Of a stretch of DNA of 64,000 nt, positions 57,862 to 64,000 are shown in pieces. The DNA comes from Chrysomallon squamiferum (taxonomy: Eukaryota; Animalia; Mollusca): positions 22,630,001-22,694,000 of the forward strand of contig CM022677.1 in the NCBI GenBank assembly GCA_012295275.1. Reading direction: 5' to 3'. Within the stretch, counting starts at the first letter, position 1; every line of letters starts with the position of its first letter. The notes under the pieces were generated by a model. The model worked only from the letters and a program-made list of their open reading frames with translations. It did not search any database and was not told the DNA's origin. The position numbers were made by a program, and so were the translations under genes.

Positions 57862-59011
57862 GTTATTGTTATTGTTATTAAATAGAATGATGTTCAGCAT
57901 TTAGACATCAGGTTACACTAAAAATCAAATGTATCACGAAAAAGAAAAAAGTATTTCTTCAAGATATTTATTTTTTATGATTTTTTTTTTTTTGTTCAGT
58001 ATTGTTATAGACAGAATATTTATTTCTACTGCAGACTATTGTAAACCACACTGATTCAAAATATTAGTGCTTATCTGAGATTCCACAGTTAATGTTTTTT
58101 AACATTTGTGAAGATCTGTCAAGGAACAAGCCCAATGAAGAAAATAACAATGGTTACCAAGAACGTTTGCTGCTTTCAGAGGACTGCTATAACACTTCTA
58201 GATTCAAGTCCCCAAAAATGTAGATCCACAGCTTTGTACAGGAGTTATTGTAGACATATCTACTTAGATAATTTTGTCACTTTTTTCTTCAGAAGTTTTT
58301 ATTTTTTATTTTATTTTATTTATTTATTTTTTTATTTTTTTATTTTTTATTTTATTTTTTTTTTTGTCTGTGAATGTTGGTTTTTTGGGGAGTAATATCT
58401 TATGGGTCATTACTATATTTTTTGATATTTATTATAATTTTACATTTCTATCTGTGTGCAACTTATTTCTATGTTATACATTTATCTTTCATTCTATTCC
58501 TACATATATTTTTCTAAATAAAAATGCTTTGATCTGTAATTCAGAATACTCACTCACATTTGTATTAAAACCGACAAAAATCATGTTTTCAAGAATAGAA
58601 ACAAATTAAAATATGTTTTCCTGTAATTTACTTTAGTCACTCTACTTAATATCTGACCTAAGCGGACACACTAGTGAAAACTGAGAAAATTTTAATAAAT
58701 AAAAATCATTTTTAAAATTATCGAAACGACCATTAATAAAATGTAGATTTAAAAAACAATAATAATAAATAAATAAATTCAATTTTTATTTTAAATTTCT
58801 GGTAAATGTCTAATTTTTTTTAAAGTTTTTATTCTTTAAGGTTGTGTGGCAGATGCTACATTAAAACTACTTGAGTACAGATTCAAATTTGAAGTATACG
58901 TACTTAGAAACAAACAGTACAAGATACAGAAAGAAAATATTGGAAAATGAAAAAGATATTTCATATAACCTTTTTTAACTTTTTCTGCATTTTTTCAAAA
59001 TGCGAATGTAA

Positions 59012-59073
<62 letters not shown>

Positions 59074-59610
59074 ATCTTTCGAAATATGCAAATAAATTTC
59101 TTTTTGTTATTTTGTAAGCCCAGCAGTTCGAAAGAAAAATTACATATAAGCATGATTCTGTGATAAGTTAATAACAACAACAACAACAATAATAATTCCA
59201 CTGTTAGTAATAGTTAGACTATCACTAGTAATAGTAGTGTTAATTGTAGTAGCACTACCAGTAGAGTAGTAGTAGTAATTGTAGCAGTAGTTGTTGTTAT
59301 TGTTATTGTTGTATGTTTTCTTGTGGTAGTTGTGTTTATAATAGAGTTAAACGTTGTATTATTGTTTTAATATAGTGATACCAATTGTTGTACCACAAGT
59401 AATACTAGAAATATTATAACTAGTAGTACCCAGAATAGTAATAATATTAGTAGTAGTACAATTTATTGTTATTGTTGATACAATAATAATATTGGAAATA
59501 ATTACACTAGTAATAATAGTGGTACTCATATTTGCTGTAGTAGCTGTTTTGATTGCTGCAGTTGTTATATTACTAGCAGAAGTGGAAGTAATATTTTTTT
59601 TTTTTTTATG

Positions 59611-59885
59611 GTCGTTGTAAGATTAATAAGACTAATATTAGAGTAACAAATAGAAATAGATATACCAGTAAGAGCAGAATTTGAAGTAATACTTGGGTTT
59701 TTTGTTGTTTTTTGTCGTTGTAAGATTAATAAAACTAATATTAGGGTAACAAATAAAAATAGATATACCAGTAAGAGCAGAATTTGAAGTAATACTTGGG
59801 TTTTTTGTTGTTTTTTGTCGTTGTAAGATTAATAAAACTAATATTAGGGTAACAAATAAAAATAGATATAGCAGTAAGAGCAGAA
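59611..59885 (+). repeat. 103-bp tandem repeat, ~2.7 copies
   Basis: gtcgttgtaagattaataa at 59611, 59714 and 59817. Confidence 0.88.
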
Positions 59886-61807
59886 GTGGTAGTGGCAGTA
59901 GTCAAACGAGTTCTTCTTTTTTGCTGTTTTTGTAACAATAATAATAGCAATGGTAGTACTAGTACTAGAAGTAGTAGTAGTGGTAGAAGTATAAAAAAAT
60001 CAAACATACATAGACACGGTTATACATATACACATACATATATACATACATACATATACTTTCGAATAACTCAGACTTTGCTAACAATTGATACAGACTG
60101 AAAATACAGGAACGTAAATCGTTTTCTTGTAAGAGATCATCAGCTTTATAACTGTAGTATGTTTTCTCCTATTGACTTGTCTGCTCTCTTTAAATGTATT
60201 TGATGAAGGGAGATAATTTGTTTTCGCCTTAGGCAGTATCCGAATTTTTGTAGTATCGTATTCTGGAATTATTTCCCTTGATTTGCAATCGCCTAATACA
60301 GAATGATGTAATTATATGAATCCCTACTTTATTCACGGAAGTATTATAGTGTTGTTTCGTGTATTAAAACATGTTTTTATGTGTAAAGAAAATGAGTCAC
60401 ATCTTCACATTATGATGAAAATAAAATGATATTTTATTCTAATTTGTTGCATGCAGCTCGCCCTCCTCCATCTCACCGATAAGAACAGCTGTTTGAGGAA
60501 ACTGAACATACATCGTCTGATTCTATTTCTGACGTATCTTTTAAATGATAATACATCGTCTGATAAAAGAGATGAATACAAAAGCAATCTCACTTATCTC
60601 ATTTTACAAATCTTCTACATGTTTATGATCTCACTGAATGACGTCATATAATGTTATACTTATCAAAACTACAGGAAAAACAACTTATTTAAAATAAAAA
60701 TCTAACAAAATTGTAAAATATAATACTGTACAATTTATTTATTTGAAATTCGAAGATTTGTAATTAAATGATCTACTTCTGTTTTATTCTTATTATTATC
60801 ATCATCATCATCATCAACATTATCATTATTATTATCATTATCATCATCATTATCATTATGTATATATAAATTTGATTAACTCTGATCTTGTTTCAGAAAC
60901 CCACTTTTGATTAGCATCTGAATTAACACAACATACCTGTGAATAGTGAGATTTTACCTCGATAAATAGAATTTTATTTTTATTTGATTTCTTTGATAAT
61001 GTTGATGATAATGATGATGATGATTATGATGATTGTTTAAATACTATTTCAAACCTTTTAAGATTCATTAAATGAGTGAGGTCACGTGATTAATCCAAGT
61101 CTTTTCTCTGTACCAGTCTTACCTTCAGTACGATTCAGTTCACTGCGAAATTTAAACAAGATTTATTTTTTGTCGAATTTCCGGAATCACGTGGTCAGCT
61201 GACTGTTGTCGTGTTTCAGAAGACAGAAATATTTGATATCAATGTCAGCTCCCAGACCGGCTAATATTGAGTCGTAAACACACCTGATGACGTATGTATC
61301 CACAGCTATAGTTACGTATCTATTCCATGGTTTTTAACTTCACTTTAATAATATTTCAAATTAATAACTCATTTTATGACACGAAAATGTCACATTTATA
61401 TAAATCTACGGCTGAATATTCTTAATATATTTTATCGTGCTGTATATCAGAAAAGTTCAAATGACATTAAACAAAAAACAGAATTTATTCTCTTAAGGTT
61501 GTGATATCATTTTATTTTTTCCCACACAAGAATATGATGTTCGTTGATATATTACCTGAAAATATAAAACAGCTAATGAAATGAAATAGATAATAAGAAA
61601 ATTATAATTATGAAATTGAAACAGAAACATTAATAGATAAATATGTGTTATTGTTGCTGTACCCTGAATGAAAGTTGTCATAAACAGTGTTGAAATTATT
61701 TCTTCAGCCACTGTGTAAGTGTGCTATATTAAACTAAACAAAATATTAACTGACATCTTGTAAACGCATTAATTAACTCTGTGGAATAAATATATTTTCT
61801 CACCTTT

Positions 61808-62236
61808 TCAATATGCGTTGTATCCGCCTCCGTATTGGTTTCCGTATCCTCCGTATCCGCCTCCGTATCCGCCTCCGTTATTTCCGTATCCTCCTCCGTA
61901 TCCGCCTCCATATCCTCCACCATATCCTCCTTTACCTCCTCCGAAACCTCCCCATCCTCCTCCATATCCTCCTTTACCTCCTCCAAATCCTCCCCATCCT
62001 CCTCCGTGTCCTCCTCCGAAACCTCCCCATCCTCCTCCATATCCTCCTTTACCTCCTCCAAATCCTCCCCATCCTCCTCCGTGTCCTCCTCCGAAACCTC
62101 CCCATCCTCCTTTTCCGTAACTGCCTAAACCTCCATTACCTTTTCCGTAATATCCACCAGAGTTTCCATAATAGGTTTGTCCGGCACAGGCAAGAGACAA
62201 GCAGACGGCAAGAACGACGAAAACAGCTTTCATCAT
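61808..62236 (-). CDS. Secreted glycine-rich protein, copy 3, 142 aa
   Basis: Same signal peptide and repeats. Acceptor cgtag|cccttt (exon starts 62245). Conserved 3' UTR. Confidence 0.9.
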   Translation of the reverse strand: MMKAVFVVLAVCLSLACAGQTYYGNSGGYYGKGNGGLGSYGKGGWGGFGGGHGGGWGGFGGGKGGYGGGWGGFGGGHGGGWGGFGGGKGGYGGGWGGFGGGKGGYGGGYGGGYGGGYGNNGGGYGGGYGGYGNQYGGGYNAY

Positions 62237-62531
62237 TTTAAAGGGCTACGATAAAACAAGAACTAAAATTTTAATATACAGATGTTATTTTATCATAAAT
62301 TTCCAGTAAGTCATATTATGTACTGAGAACATAAAATTAAATATTATACAGATAGAAACATTAGTAGATTTTCAATACGTTATAATTATTTTCATCTGAA
62401 ACTTTATTAATTTGCCTTACAGATTAGTAATCAATAAAATATGAATAACAATTGTTTAAGCTTAGTGATATTTCATTACATTAGTAATTAAAGAAGTAAA
62501 CAAAAAGCAAACTATTGACCAGTATACTTAC

Positions 62532-62662
62532 TGTGTTGGTTTCCAGATTAATTCTGATGTGTTCTCTTCCCTGCTCTATTTATACAACAGAGTTTATTAC
62601 TTAGATTGGTCGTGACGTCATATTATGCAACATTTGATTCATGTGAAACTTTGATTGATTGG
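62532..62662 (-). promoter_or_regulatory. Core promoter and non-coding exon 1 of Gly-rich gene 3
   Basis: TATAAATA at 62584-62577, Inr-like TCAGAA, donor gtaagt at 62531, TGACGTCA at 62613-62620, CCAAT near 62660. Confidence 0.75.
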
Positions 62663-63272
62663 AAATCCATCAATTTGCTTTAGTCTCACAATTTAATAAA
62701 GATTGATGATAATTATTATTTCTCCCATCGCCTTTAGTTTTCTCTGCGTTTACGAATAAATTACAAAATGATTTCATCTGCTTTAAAAAAGAAACACACT
62801 AGAATGTTGTTCAAGCGAATAAATTATTTTATCTGGGTTTTTTTGTTTGTTTATTTCACCTTATTCTGAATGAATTATTATTATTATTATTATTATTATT
62901 AGTAGTAGTAGTAGTAGTATTATTATTATTGTTGTTGTTGTTGTTGTTGTTGTTATTTTTATTATTGCTTTAAAAAAATTTTTAAATTCATTTTTCTAAT
63001 CAGTAGTTGCTACTGTTTTTCATTAGTGTTATGGAAAATCAAGTAATAAAAACACACGTACATAAAATTCAGAAGTCAACTTAATTTCAAGATTACTTGT
63101 TTTCTGTGACCTCTGTTCTTGCAGTACCTCTTATTTACAACAGCTTTGCACTTTTCATCTTTTTTTCTTTCCTACTTATTTTTTTTGTTGTTGTTCTCGA
63201 GCTCTATCAATATCAGAATGGTTTCTAGAGATTTATTTATCTATTATCTTCAGTATCATTTATTTGGTTAAA

Positions 63273-63610
63273 TATGGAAGCGGTTTTCACGCATGAGAAG
63301 CAAAGTGTAAATTGGAAGAAGTATTTGGAGGAGTCCATGAAGGTTGGTGTGATGGATACCAACATTGATGTGGAGGCGGATACGGACACTGATGTGGAGG
63401 CGGATACGGACATTGATGTGGAGGCGGATACGGACATTGATGTGGAGGCGGATACGGACATTGATGTGGAGGCGGATACGGACATTGATGTGGATTGATA
63501 CGAACATTGATCTGGAGGCGGATACGGACACTGATGTGGAGGCGGATACGGACACGATACGCAGAAAGAAATGAATATGCAGGACACGACTCAAACTGAA
63601 AAAGTAAGAA
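63273..63610 (+). pseudogene. Decayed Gly-rich paralog with short (8-9 unit) minisatellite; 5' part replaced
   Basis: Homologous to 13840-15030, with the same ggatacggacattgatgtggaggc units. Confidence 0.6.
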
Positions 63611-64000
63611 ATTTAGGTACAATTTCCTTTTTATTGCAATTGTTTTGGGGGTTTTTGCATCAGTAATCAGAAATGTTTTCAAATTGTAAATATATTGTAC
63701 TTAATCAGTAAACTTCAGGTTAAAAATTGTGAATTACTGATCGAAGAAAAATATTCTCCTGCATACATCAATTAAACGTTTATTTTAATTAGAATTATTA
63801 CTGCCAGTACATTTATCTAATCTGTCAATGTCTTTTATATGTTTTCATATCTTATAATGTACACAAGAAGTACAGTACACAAGAAGTATGAAGAATGAAT
63901 AAGTGTTGTGAAAAAAGTCAGATGTAAATAAAACCATTAATTGTCGACTTTTGTTTGTTTTGCTGTTTTAGTTCGTTTTATTTTATTTTATTGGTTTTTA

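Larger units (their letters stand above)
60076..64000 (+). repeat. Segmental duplication, copy B (partner 9847-15410)
   Basis: Colinear with copy A. It lacks ~10590-10855 and ~11570-11985, has a shorter minisatellite, and carries an extra block at 62985-63272. Confidence 0.9.

Overview
AT-rich, microsatellite-laden animal genomic DNA with spliceosomal GT-AG introns. The gene content suggests a lophotrochozoan or mollusc-like invertebrate (inference). No prokaryotic features, CRISPR, rRNA or tRNA were found. The window holds three interleaved gene groups. (1) A tandem array of five + strand RING(C3HC4) - coiled-coil - NHL-like beta-propeller genes (TRIM-like, no intact B-box): one is cut by the window edge, three are intact, one is frameshifted, and a sixth unit keeps its upstream region but has no CDS. 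(2) Three - strand secreted Gly/Tyr/Trp-rich small-protein genes with clear TATA/Inr promoters, each head-to-head with a decayed + strand paralog; two of these relics have turned into a 22/24-bp minisatellite. (3) A multi-exon syntaxin-7/12-like gene (52518-57090) that the ORF track largely misses. Its reading frame is intact, but it has Lys instead of the Qa zero-layer Gln, a shortened SNARE helix, a Cys-rich juxtamembrane segment and a triplicated N-terminal exon, and it lies downstream of the CDS-less TRIM-type upstream region. Also present: a Tc1/mariner deletion derivative, a ~120-bp dispersed element (at least 14 copies), inverted and segmental duplications, and several minisatellites. 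All gene models were built by hand from splice signals and paralog comparison; no database search was run.
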